DNA of 64,000 nucleotides from Chiloscyllium plagiosum (Eukaryota): NCBI RefSeq assembly GCF_004010195.1, contig NC_057718.1, positions 26,101,341 through 26,165,340 of the forward strand, read 5' to 3'. Below the pieces are notes generated by a model that saw nothing but the letters and a program-made list of their open reading frames with translations, did not search any database and had not been told where the DNA came from. Position 1 is the first letter of the stretch, and each line of letters opens with the position of its first letter. Shown here piece after piece: positions 51,925 through 63,169 of this stretch. A program made the position numbers and the translations under genes.

Positions 51925-52914
51925 TGGTGGGGTCTTTTTGGAGGTGGCGGAAATGTCGGCGGATGATTTGGTTTATGCGAAGGTTGGTAGGGTGGAAGGT
52001 GAGCACCAGGGGCGTTCTGTCCTTGTTACGGTTGGAGGGGTGGGGTCTGAGGGCGGAGGTGCGGGATGTGGACGAGATGCGTTGGAGGGCATCTTTAACC
52101 ACATGGAAGGAAAATTGCGGACTCTAAAGAAGGAGGCCATCTGGTGTGTTCTGTGGTGGAACTGGTCCTCCTGGGAGCAGATACGGCGGAGGCGGAGGAA
52201 TTGGGAATACAGTCCAATCTCATTAGGAGGAACACATATAAATTTGTCTTTTTTCAATTACTTTTAAGAAACGTGTAGAAGATTATTTCTAAAATCAATC
52301 ACATGATTGTAACAACTAGCTTTATGGAGCTGTTTAATGCATTATTGAAACAGTCACTAAACATATGTATATTTAGATCTGCATTAACTTTTTTTTATTC
52401 TGGTCGTGACATTTAAAAATAGGATAGCTACATGGCATATAGTTATGATTTATTTCTTCCAAAAAAGATTGTCATGCTTTCTATGACCATAAAATCCAGA
52501 AGAAATTTGTAACATTGAAACTAAACAATAGATGGAAAACCATAGGCCAATTGGTCTAATATCTTTCAAAGGAGAAATGCTACCATTAAGGTGGAGTAGC
52601 GGGACATTTAGAAAATCATAATATGATCAGGTAAGGTCAGCATGGTTTTGTGAAAATGAAATTATGTTTAACAAGTGTATCTGAGGAAGTAACAAGCAAT
52701 GTGTAGATGTAATGTACTTAGACTCCCAAAAGGAGTTAATCTTCCACATCAAAGGTTAGTGCACAAAATAAGAGGTCATGGTGTAGAAGGTAACAGATTA
52801 GCACAGAAAGAGTATTTTTGAGTTAATAAGGAGCAACAAGTGGGAAAATGGGTCGGCAAATGCCACAATACACAACAATGAAGCCTCACTATTCACAATC
52901 TGTATTAATGACAT

Positions 52915-53526
52915 GTTGGTGCCCATGTACATAGATCCCTCAAAGTTGCCACACAGGTTGATAGGGCTGCTAAGAAGTAGTACTGTGTGTTAGCTTTTAT
53001 TAGCAGAGGGATCGAGTTTCAGAACCATGACCTCATGCTGCAGCTGTACAAAACTCTGGTACGGCCACACTTGGAGTATTATGTACAGTTCTGGTCACTG
53101 CATTATAGAAAGGATGTGGAAGTTTTGGAAAAGGTTCAGTGGAGGTTTACTAGGATGTTGCCTGGTATGGAGGGAAAGTCTTACAAGGAAAGGTTGACGG
53201 ACTTGAGGCTGTTTTCATTAGAGAGAAGAAGTTTGTGAGATGACTTAATTGAGACATATAAGATAATCAGAAGGTTAGATCAGGTAGACAGTGAGAGCCA
53301 TTTTCCTAGGAAGGTGATGGCTAGCACGAAAGTAGTAGGGGCGTGGAACGCACTACCTGCAACAGTAGTAGACTCATCAAGTTTAAGGGCATTTAAATGG
53401 TCATGGATAGGCTTATGGACGAGAATGGAATAGTGCAGGTTAGATGGGCTTCAGATTGGTTTCACAGGGCGGCACAATATCGAGGGCCAAAGGGCTTGTA
53501 CTGCACTGTAATGCTCTATGTTCTAT
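52915..53526 (+). mobile_element. Younger CR1 3' fragment nested in an older CR1
   Basis: ORF 52987..53238 LYKTLVRPHLEYYVQFWSLHYRKDV...RFTRMLPG. Distinct 3' UTR ending TAATGCTCTATGTTCTAT. Confidence 0.88.
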
Positions 53527-53743
53527 AGATGAAGGGACCAAATACATGACTACCAGATTTACAGATGGCATAAGAACAGGTAGGAAGGTAAATTGATATG
53601 AGGACAAAAACATTTGAAAAAGGGATTGAAAAAGGCTAAGTGACTGGGATAAATATGGCAGATGGAGTAAAATGTGGGAAAATGTGAACTTATACAATTT
53701 GGCAAGAAGAATAAAAATGTAATGTACAATTAAATGGAGAAAG

Positions 53744-53920
53744 TGAGGACTGCAGATGCTGGAGATCAGAGCTGAAAATGTGTTGCTGGAAAAGAGCAGC
53801 AGGCCAGGCAGCATCCAAGGAGCAGGAGAATCGACGCTTCGGGCATGAGCCCTTCTTCAGGATTCCTGCTCCTTGGAGGCTGCCTGACCTGCTGCGCTTT
53901 TCCAGCAACACATTTTCAGC
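53744..53920. mobile_element. Inverted Penelope-like terminal fragment
   Basis: Flanking duplication TACAATTAAATGGAGAAAG at 53725-53743 and 53921-53939 (partly overlapping the element end). Confidence 0.88.
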
Positions 53921-54015
53921 TACAATTAAATGGAGAAAGGCTACAGAACTCTGAGGTACAGAGGGATTAGGGAGCCCTGGTACATGAATCACAAAAAGTT
54001 AGCTTGGAAGCCCAG

Positions 54016-54119
54016 ATGTGGACTGTGGATTCCTGATGAAGGGCTTTTGCCTGAAACGTTGATTTTCCTGCTCCTCGGATGCTGCCTGACCTGCTGTGCT
54101 TTTCCAGCACCACTCTAAT
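54016..54119 (+). mobile_element. Penelope-like terminal fragment
   Basis: Near-TSD CTTGGAAG(C/T)CCAG at 54003-54015 and 54120-54132. Confidence 0.85.
54033..54060 (+). ncRNA. Minimal hammerhead ribozyme motif
   Basis: CUGAUGA-A-GGGC-UUUU-GCCU-GAAA-CGUU. Confidence 0.6.
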
Positions 54120-54793
54120 CTTGGAAGTCCAGCAGTTGATTCAGACTGCAAATAGCACATTAACAATTATTACTGGAGGAATAAAGCATAAACATAGAGA
54201 ATTGTTGCTACAACTGTCTCTGGTTTTAGAGAAATCATATCAGGAGTATGGTCTACAGTGTCTGAGGTTGGGAGATAGTTGCATTCAAAGAAGTTTCGCG
54301 AATATTCACATGACTGATTCCCAGGATGAATGGCTTGTTTTATGAGGAATGAGCAGTTTTGTTTGATTTCTATTGGAAAGTGAGGGAATGAAAGATGATC
54401 TGAATAAAAAATGTGAGATCCTGAGGGGACTTGACTAAGTGAATGTTGAGCAGATGTTTCACCGTGTGGGGAAATCTAGAACTAGCGGAAACAGTATAAA
54501 AATTTAAGGCCTCCTATTTATAAAGATAGCTCCATTATTTTGTTGTCCCACAGAGGTGATCATCTTTCAGGAATCACCGGAATCAGGGATGGTGCCAAGG
54601 GACTGGAAAACAGCTATTGTAACACTCCTGTTTAAGAAGGGAGGGAGGCAGAAGACAGGAAACTATAGGCTGTTTATCCTGATATCAGTCATTGGTAAGA
54701 TTTTTGGAATCCATTATTAAGGATGAGATTGCAAATATTTGGAAGTGCATGGTAAAATAGGACTGAGTCACCACAGCTATGGCAAGGGAGGAT

Positions 54794-54923
54794 TCCTGAT
54801 GAAGGGCTAATGCCCGAAACGTCGATTCTCCTGTTCCCTAGATGCTGCCTGACCTGCTGCGCTTCTCCAGCAACACATTTCCATCTCTGATCTCCAGCAT
54901 CTGCAGACCTCATTTTCTCTTCA
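54794..54923 (+). mobile_element. Penelope-like terminal fragment
   Basis: TSD AAGGGAGGAT at 54784-54793 and 54924-54933. The insertion starts 2 nt upstream of the hammerhead core. Confidence 0.88.
54796..54823 (+). ncRNA. Minimal hammerhead ribozyme motif (intact core)
   Basis: CUGAUGA-A-GGGC-UAAU-GCCC-GAAA-CGUC. Confidence 0.75.
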
Positions 54924-55029
54924 AAGGGAGGATCATACTTGACAAATCTTTCACAATTCTTAAGGACGAGGACATTAGACAAAGGAGAGCCAATGGACAT
55001 GACTTATTTGAATTTCTAAAAAGCCTTTG

Positions 55030-55272
55030 TGAAGTATTCCACAGAGGCTGGTATCCTGCACCCAGTCACCCTTTATTTACATACAAGCAGTCCTTGACTT
55101 TAGTATTACCTCTTCTGAGTCAGTTGTCTCAACATTCCTCTTTTTATCTGTCAGCCTGATGAGAAATGACTAATCTGTAATAGTGCTCCCTGATTGGACC
55201 AGGTTAACAGCCCCACTCAGGGAACTCATATTCTATGGGATCCAGCTGACTGAACTCATTACAATCACTACA
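55030..55272 (-). mobile_element. Short solo LTR with 5-bp TSD
   Basis: TG...CA termini. CTTTG duplicated at 55025-55029 and 55273-55277, splitting the CR1 KAFDKV motif. Confidence 0.85.
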
Positions 55273-57109
55273 CTTTGGCAAGGTGCTGCACCGGAGGCTG
55301 CTGAAAAAATATAAAAGTTCAGGGTGTTAGAGACAAGGCAATGGCTTAATTAGAGAAATGGCTGACTAGCAGAAAGCAGAGACTAAGGAGAAAGGGATAT
55401 TTTTTCAGGATGGCAGCCGATGACTAATGGAGTTCAGCAGCAATGTTGGGATTACAACTGCCCACGTTATACATTAGCAATCTGGATGAAGGAACTGAGG
55501 CCATTGTTGCTTTGTTTGCAGATGAGACAAAGATAAGTGTGGAACATTTAATGTTGAGAAAGTGGGGAGGCTGTGGAAGGACTTGGACAGGCTCGGAGGG
55601 TGGGCAAAGAAGTGGCAGTTGGAATGCAATGTGGGCAAATATGTGGTTATACACTTTGGAAGGAAGAATGGAGGAGACTTTTCTAACTGAGGAAAGGCTT
55701 TGGAAATCTGAAGCAGAAAGAGACTTAGTCCCAGTTTAGAACACACTTAAGGTTAACATGCAGGTTCATTTGGCATTTTGGAAGACTGATACAGTATTTG
55801 CTTTCATTTCAAGTGGACTAAAATAGAAGAGCAAAGATTCATTGCCGAGGCTGTATAAGGCTGTAGTCAGACCGCATTTGAAATACTTAAATCATTTTGG
55901 GCTGTGTATCTAAAGAAGGATATGCTGGCTTTGGAGGGGGTCCAGAGGAAGTTCACAATCATGATCCCAGGAATGAAGAGTTTGTCATACGAGTAACAGT
56001 TGAGACTGTACATGATGGAATCTAAAAAGATGAGAGGGCGTGTCATTATAACTTACAGAATACTAAGATGCCTGGATAGAGTGGACAAGGAGATGATGTT
56101 TCCACTAGTAGGAGAGACTACAACTTGAGGGACAGCCTCAGAGTGAAGGAACAATCCTTCATAATTGAGATGAAGAGGAATTTCTTCAGCTAGAGGTTGG
56201 TGAAACTGTGGGACTCATTGTCACTAAAGGCTGTGGTGGTCAAATTATTGAGTGATAATTGAGACAGAGATAGAAATGTTCTTGATTAGTAAGGGGATCA
56301 AGGGTTAGAGGGAGAAGGCAGGAGAATAGAGTGGAGAAACTAATCAGCCATGATTGAATAATGGAGCAGATTCAAAGGGCCAAATGGCCATTTCTGCTCC
56401 TTTGCCTTATGGTTTTACTTAACCAGCACTCGAAGATTCACTGAATGTGAGAGATTGTTCATTCATTTTGGAGTTAATCATGATGCTGGGTGTCACTCCT
56501 TGTCTCACTCCTTGCCACTCGTGTTTTAGGCTGTTTCCTTCTTCAGAAGAAGGTGAATATTAGGGAGAGGCTACCAAAATTACAAGTGTATGTGTCAAGT
56601 GTTTTCAGTTGTGAACAATAAAAGAGGGGGATAAAGCAAGATCGTTTGTGGATTCGAAAAGAGTTGCTAGAATGCAAAGTTCCTTCACTGTCACTTGGTC
56701 AAAACCTTCTCTCTCTAACAATATAAGTGTACCTACCGTAAATGGACTACATTAGTTTGTGAAAGCAGCACACCACCACCTTCTCAAGGCATTTAGAGAT
56801 TTGCAGTACATGCTAGTCCAGCCAGTGATGCCCATATCCCAGGAATAAATGAATTTCATGAGTGAGTAAGAACTCATCCTGAGCAGTCCCTGTTCTGCGC
56901 CTGCTTCTGCGTGGGAACTGTTTGCTGTTGATTCCTGCTGTGTGCATGTAGGTGATTTTTTTTTTGGATGGGAAACAAGATATGCTTTAGTGTGTGGACA
57001 TAATGGATGGTACTGGAGGTTGTATTGATCGGTGTACTGGGAGAAGGAGAAGAAAGACTTTGCCAGGTGTTGCTGAGAGAGATGGCAAAAAGCATCAATT
57101 ACATCCTTG

Positions 57110-57305
57110 CTATTCCTTCAAGATGTTAAAATATTCACTGCATTAAACTGAATTCCAGGAGCTCAAGAGCCTCTCTCTAAGCCTGACGAGCATCCATTTT
57201 TGGAATCTTCTGCCATTTGTGGAAGAGGACACCCTTTCTCATCTTCATGTTTTTGTCCAGGGTCTCCAGAGCAGCTTCAGAAATCCTGGAGGCTTGCATC
57301 TGACT
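57110..57305 (-). pseudogene. Harbinger-type Myb/SANT-like (Myb_DNA-bind_5) gene remnant
   Basis: Translates QASRISEAALETLDKNMKMRKGVLF, matching the R.P.FS..EL..L...V..R..VLF pattern. Confidence 0.5.
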
Positions 57306-58229
57306 CACTTCTCAGTCAATTTAATCCAGTCCCTTTTCATTTGAAGCCTGTTTCAGATTAAAAGTAACCTCCCCACTACTATTTTCCAGAACATTTTCAC
57401 TTTCATGCATCAAACGTAAATCACGATAAAGCGCAAATTCAAAAAGGAATGGTTTTGGTAATAATTTGCATACTTTACAATTTCAAGAAAGCAGTTAAGA
57501 TCCTCCATATGCTAATGTTGCAGTACTGGTTTGTTCAAAGTGTGTGTTCTCAATTCTATTCAGAAAGAGAGTCCATAATACTTGGGCACCATGGCTGACT
57601 AATATTAATTGGTGTTAACAGCTTTAAAAAGTTAACAATTATTCCGCAGTGGTTGGTAGGCTGAGCTAGGTTCACTTGGCTGGCAAAGATTGCTTAATCT
57701 GCTGTTAAACCTCAAAAATTACAGAATAAGTTGCAAAACCTGAGCAATTTGGAGAAATGCCAAGTGTGCTGCCTACAATAACATCACGTTTGCTAAACAG
57801 TCATTGGAAGCTAGCCATTTTTGAATTTACGAAGGAATATTATAATGCAAAGAGATAGGTGCAGAAGCATTCCTTTTCTGCAGTGTGGCTCATTGCTGAT
57901 AACGACAACACTGTTTGCAAATGCTTCTACATAGGATCAAAGGGTCAGCTAAGGTGCACTTGTTTCTAAGAGAAATGGACTAAGTGCAACATACTCTGGT
58001 ATTACAGGCATTTATTTATGGTGCAGTGAATTGTTTTAACATATTTAAATATTTTACACAATGTGTCAAAGGGCCTCTTTACACGCTGGAAATCTCTATT
58101 TCCAAAATATACGCATTTCTTATTGATGACTTTGTACAAGCATGCTAAAAATGAGAGAAGGAAATTAATTCTAAAAATTGGCAGCATAAAGGTTCCAGTT
58201 TTCTAACTTCAGGTCGTATTAGTACCTTA

Positions 58230-58570
58230 ACTGTTAACGTTCCTAAAATTAACAAAGCCAGTGTTATTAGCATTGATGCTGATGACTGATTTGTTGAGCT
58301 TTGGTGCTGCCACTATTAGTTTTAATAATACTGACATTAGTTTCAAATGAAGAAATTGCTGTTATTATTTCTAGTAAATTTAGTTTTGGTGTTGTTAGTC
58401 ACAATGTTGTTTGCAAAATTAATATCAATTAGAATTAGTGTTAATAAGGCTAATTTTAATAGTGTTAGCCCCAAGATGTTAATGCTGATGATATTATTGC
58501 AAGTGCTGGCAGTTCTGTTGCTGTTATTGTTAATATTGATGGTATTTGTCTTGCTGATGATAATATCCAA
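58230..58570. repeat. Low-complexity AT/GTT-rich tract
   Basis: Degenerate (GTT/ATT/GCT) triplets, giving Leu/Val-rich and Asn/Ile-rich pseudo-ORFs on opposite strands. Confidence 0.7.
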
Positions 58571-59739
58571 AGGGAATGTTTTTTTGCCTTCACAACCTGG
58601 ACATTAATCTAACAAAATTAATCACCCACACATTGCAGAACCTGTGCAGATTTCATTCAAGTTTTTAAAATTAAGACCAAAGATTGTGCCTTATTATTAG
58701 TATCTGATGGTCCTTTTCACTCCCCACCCCAAGTTGTTGCTTTCAGAATGACTGATCACCACTATCACATAATTTCTTCCTTCCAAAATGAAACTTTAAC
58801 TGGATGTTTCCTGTTAGCCCTGAACTCACATTAGGTTGTTGCCATGTAGTGGAATTTTCTCAAGCCTCTTTTTGAAGTATATCTACATTCACAACACAGC
58901 CTGAAATCAATCTGAATTACTGATGATGTAGCAGTTCTGCCGTAGCCTACAAATGAATCATTCTAATTTTTGTATTCATAATTTCCAGGTCTATATTCTT
59001 CGCATTTAAGAAAACAGCAGTTAAATTAGACTCTCCAGTATCCAGTTTTGAGACTGAATATTTATATAGCTATCGTGTTCAAAATCAAGATAAATTCTCT
59101 GAAGTCCAGGGTACCAGTGGGGCCGTCACACACAGTGGCACACATTCTGAGGCACTTACATAAACAGTGAGACACTTACACACAGGATCTTCATGGCCTA
59201 ATGGTATTCTTGCATCCAATCTTTTTCTGCCTTCCTGTTTCCCAACTCAAATCTTCACAACTGGACCTTCACATCCTGAACCCATAAAATGTCCACCCTT
59301 GCTGATCTTCCATGTTCTAAATGCATGCATTTTTCTGAATAGTGTTGCAAATTTACCTTACAAAGTAAAATAAACCAAAGAATATAATGACAGCGTTTGT
59401 TCAGCAATTTCTGTTTTTATTTCAGATTTCCCGCATCTACAGTCCTTTGTTCTATTTTATGAAAGAAGGTTACTGTTATTTTCTTTGTACCTCCTACCCC
59501 CGACAACCCTATGACATATTTGTAATCCTCCAAATCCGATGACTTGTGTATTCCTGATCTTAATAACTCTATTATTGATGGCTGTGGCTTCAGTTGCCTA
59601 AAGCCAAAAAGTCTGGAATTTGGTCTCTCTCCACCTCACTACTTCTCTCCTGTTTTAACGAATTCTTCAAGACCCCACCTTTTGACTAAGCATTATGTCA
59701 TCTGTTTTACTAATTCCTTTTATGACTCACAACCCACTG

Positions 59740-60035
59740 TGGGGTGGATGGTGGCTCAGTGGTTAGTACTGCTGCCTCACAGTGCCAGGGACCCAGGTTT
59801 GATTCCAGCCTCAGGTGAGTATCTATCCGTGTGGAGTTTGCACATTCTCCCTGTGTCTGTGTGGGTTTCCTCCCACAATCCAAAGATGTGCAGATCAGGT
59901 GAATTGGCCATGCTAAATTGCCCATAGTGTTAGATGCATTAGTCAGAGGGAAATGGGTCTGGGTGAATTACTCTTCAGAGGGTTAGTGTGGACCTTTTGG
60001 GCTGAAGGGCATGGTTTAACACTGTAGGGGAATCT
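59740..60035 (+). mobile_element. HE1-type SINE
   Basis: GGTGGCTCAGTGGTTAGTACTGCTGCCTCACAG...GGTTTGATTCC, HE1 body and tail. Confidence 0.88.
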
Positions 60036-60789
60036 AATTTTGTCATTGCATTCCTATGAAAAGCACCTTAAAAAGTTACACTATATTAAAAGCGTTATAT
60101 GAATTTCAGTTGTTTTGTGTTAAGTAGCTGAATAAGCTAAAATCAGCTTAATTATCAAAAACTGATCTACTGCTCTTCTGTGACTCCAAACCAAATTGAA
60201 ATTTGTTTCAGGTGTTACTGTCTTTTCTACTGCAATAAGTGTTACCACACTGGACCATGCTTTGGTTCTGGCTAGACTGAGAAAGTAGGAGCTGACTCAG
60301 GAGAACAAATGGGCAGTTTGCCACAATTTTCTCATCAAATGCTTATTCTGCATTGTGTTGTAGCGAGTATATGGTTGTCACCGTGAACGAATGCCCACTT
60401 TTTAAAGTGTCATGCTCATTGTTAAGTCAGTGTATGTCAGTTGCCCAGTTGACAACAGTTTAAAACATATTTCAGGGTTTTGTTTTGTTATTAAAATAAT
60501 GACTATAACCTCAATGCAGTTTGCCAACAAGATGATTACAAAGGTTAACAATGTTTTAGTGGTTTACACTTGGTTGACTGAACATTTTAATGCTTTACCA
60601 GATTCTCTTCAATCACCCTGAATGTGCACTCCTGCACCTCCAAAATATATTGAACGATTCACTTAGAAATAGATTTCCTGGATTGCAGGGTCTGAGAGAC
60701 AGGACTTTGGACTGTCTCTCATCTTTTCTTTCAGTGAAAATTGAATCATTCTTCATTCAGAGAAACAAGCAGGCAAATTATAAACTTGT

Positions 60790-61080
60790 TCAGTGGCTCA
60801 GTGGTTGCCTCACAGCACCAGGGACCCCGGTTCAATTTCACCCTCGGGTGACTGTCTGTGGAGTTTGTATCGTCTCCTTGTGTCTGTGTGGGTTTCTTCC
60901 CACAGTCCAAAGATGTGCAGGTTAGATGGATTGGCCATGTTAAATTCCTTATAGTGTCTAGGGATATGCAGGCCAAGGGAAATGCAAGGGTAAGATAAGG
61001 TGGTGAGTCTAAGTGGGATGTTCTTTGGAGGGTTGGTGTGGATTTGATGAGCCAAATTGCCTGCTTCCACACTGTAGGGT
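60790..61080 (+). mobile_element. HE1-type SINE variant
   Basis: CAGTGGCTCAGTGGTT...CCCGGTTCAATTTC...CTTCCACACTGTAGGG. Confidence 0.82.
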
Positions 61081-61213
61081 ACCATATACTTGTTCTGTTT
61101 AATTGCGGCAAGACTTTTTCCCTGAGGATCCAGGAACAAAATGTAGAAAGAAGTACCAAGCTGATACTGCTCCTAAATGTAAATATCACAGAAAGGTTTA
61201 GATTGGTGCAGGT

Positions 61214-61560
61214 TAGAGTCATAGAGTCATAGAGATGTACAGCATGGAAACAGACCCTTCGGTTCAACCCGTCCATGCCGACCAGATATCCCAACCCAAT
61301 CTAGTCCCACCTGCCAGCACCCGGCCCATATCCCTCCAAACCCTTCCTATTCATATACCTATCCAAATGCCTCTTAAATGTTGCAATTGTACCAGCCTCC
61401 ACCACTTCCTCTGGCAGCTCACACCATTCCGGACCACCCTCTGTGTGAAAACCTTGCCCCTTAGGTCTCTTTTATATCTTTCCCCTCTCACCCTAAACCT
61501 ATGCCCTCTAGTTTTGGACTTCCTGACCCCAGGGAAAAGACTTTGCCTGTTTACCCTTCT
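61214..61560 (-). mobile_element. CR1/HER1-type LINE 3' end (young)
   Basis: ORF 61351..61587(-) SLFPGVRKSKTRGHRFRVRGERYKRDLRG. (CTATGACT)n tail. Confidence 0.92.
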
Positions 61561-61974
61561 AATTCTGGTCTTCAGTCTGATGCTCAAAAGACTGAGTTAT
61601 TTTCCACAGAAAATGAATGTAATAGACTAGTTACATTCTATTTATGTGTATCAAGCAAAAACATGCTGTTGAAAGTTAGTAATTTCAGTGGTAAGTACTC
61701 ACCTGCTATTTGTTTTTTTCTGTTTCCTTATTGATTTATTGACGTTTTCTATATTCACTCTGCCAAAGACACTGATTCATGCCTGAAATACACTTCCTCC
61801 TTGTCGACTCTAGGTTTGACAGTGAAAGGTTCACAGGAATGTCAACCCTGTCAGCGTGGGATAAAACATGTACATTTTAGGTGTGACACCTAATTGACGG
61901 TAGGGGTCTAGTAAATGGAATAGTAGCTGCAGCTTTTCATGCAACTGGAAGGAAAATGAGATAGTAAACTTGAC

Positions 61975-62185
61975 AACTCATATGAGGTTGTTAAAATTCT
62001 TCTGCAATGTACCTATGATCTTGGAGCAATGCTGCTGGCAATACCAGTCATAACTATTTGGTCCTAGTGCCTTTTGATCACCTTCTTGGAGGATCCACAA
62101 CCCCCTCCGTATACAATATCTTTCTTTGTTTCTGTGGTCTTGCACTAAGATCTGTAGTTCAGTGTATGAGATCCCTGGCATTTTG
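61975..62185 (-). pseudogene. Harbinger-type Myb/SANT-like gene remnant
   Basis: MPGISYTELQILVQ...KNFNNLI matches both ends of the Myb_DNA-bind_5 domain, with internal frameshifts. Confidence 0.5.
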
Positions 62186-63169
62186 TGTTTGCATGTTTGG
62201 ACATTTCTTTAAGTATCACAGCTGAAGCTCATTTTTTTCACGATCCTCACCACTCATATTGTGACACTGTGTCTCCCCTACCTCCCCTTTAAGAGCTCCA
62301 GTCATAATGACTGAATGGACACTTTAGGTAATGTTGACTGCATATAAGCATTGCATAAAATAACAGGTATCACAAATTTAGCAACAGAATACATGGACTG
62401 GATTAACTGCATGCCACATACCTCACTCCTGTATGAGCAGGCTAACCAGCTACAATTTTGTTTAAATTTTATATTTTGATTAAAACCTTATTTTCAGCAT
62501 GAGACGTTTCAGTATTTGACACAAAGAAAATAGCCGTTGAAAAAGAAAATCCAGAAGTGTTTTGAATGGTTTGTAGGAAAACTAATCTCAGATTGTATTT
62601 TGCCTAAGTGTTGACACAGAGCAAATCCACAACAAGCAGAACCATACTCAAAAGAGGATACAAGAAGTCTAACAGAAACCTATTACAATAGGAATTTAAG
62701 AAATCATGATGTAAGGTTTGTGATTCATATATTTTAATGTCATTCATTTTGGAGTTTGGATTATGAACTAGTGGCATGTGTGTTTTGCCTTCTGAAGCCA
62801 GGATTGTAAACCAGTTCATGGCTCGTGACTTGGTACCTTCCTGGGATGATAGTAGGAATTTTGTTTGCATTGTGAGAATTTTATTATCAGTGAGATAAAA
62901 CATTGCAAGTTATTTTGCTTGCTTTTCATTTAGAAGAATTAAGAATTTTTTTGTGCAGAGAAAAGCTAAAAGAATTGGAAAGCTTTATAAGCAGTTCGCA
63001 TAAAATCAGATAGAAGAGCAATTTCTCCCTGCAAAAATAGTTAATTCAGAACAATTAAGAAATGGGTTGCCTCAGTGTTAGGGGTTAGTTTAAAAGTAAC
63101 AGAGCAAAACTGTTTAATTAGAACCCTGAAGAGGTTATTTGAAACAAAGTAAGTTTAATCTGAGTTGTG

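Larger units (their letters stand above)
51295..52210 (-). mobile_element. Penelope-like element (RT C-terminal/thumb region + terminal repeat) spanning the assembly gap
   Basis: YSQFLRLRRICSQEDQFHHRTHQMASFF...KDALQRISSTSRTSAL...PLVLTFHPTNLRINQIIRRHFRHLQKDP, typical of PLE ORFs. Terminal repeat with hammerhead at 51295-51462. Confidence 0.9.
52580..54510 (+). mobile_element. Old CR1 LINE carrying nested insertions
   Basis: QHGFVK..., IND|DEGT junction split by a younger CR1, ADGIR/WQME-like segments and a 3' coding part. Confidence 0.75.
54545..56412 (+). mobile_element. CR1 LINE (RT domain to 3' UTR) with nested PLE and solo LTR
   Basis: VPRDWKTAIVTLLFKKGGRQKTGNYR, KAF|GKV, LFADETKI, and 3' UTR GGGCCAAATGGCC...CTGCTCC. 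Confidence 0.92.

Noticed and set aside
51306..52127. Longest ORFs in the track (216-273 aa)
   Set aside because: They are artefacts of reading through the 462-N gap.
58343..58607. Hydrophobic 86-aa ORF resembling a membrane protein
   Set aside because: It arises from low-complexity GTT/ATT triplets, with a mirror Asn/Ile ORF on the other strand.
59740..59812. tRNA gene-like sequences (also about 10400-10472, 39731, 60790, 33443, 21920-21985)
   Set aside because: They are SINE heads with A/B boxes that continue into SINE bodies; no complete cloverleaf.
61703..61782. Minus-strand exon-like segment with CAG|GTGAGT donor
   Set aside because: Stops in all three frames and a weak pyrimidine tract. 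It could only be a non-coding exon, and nothing else supports it.
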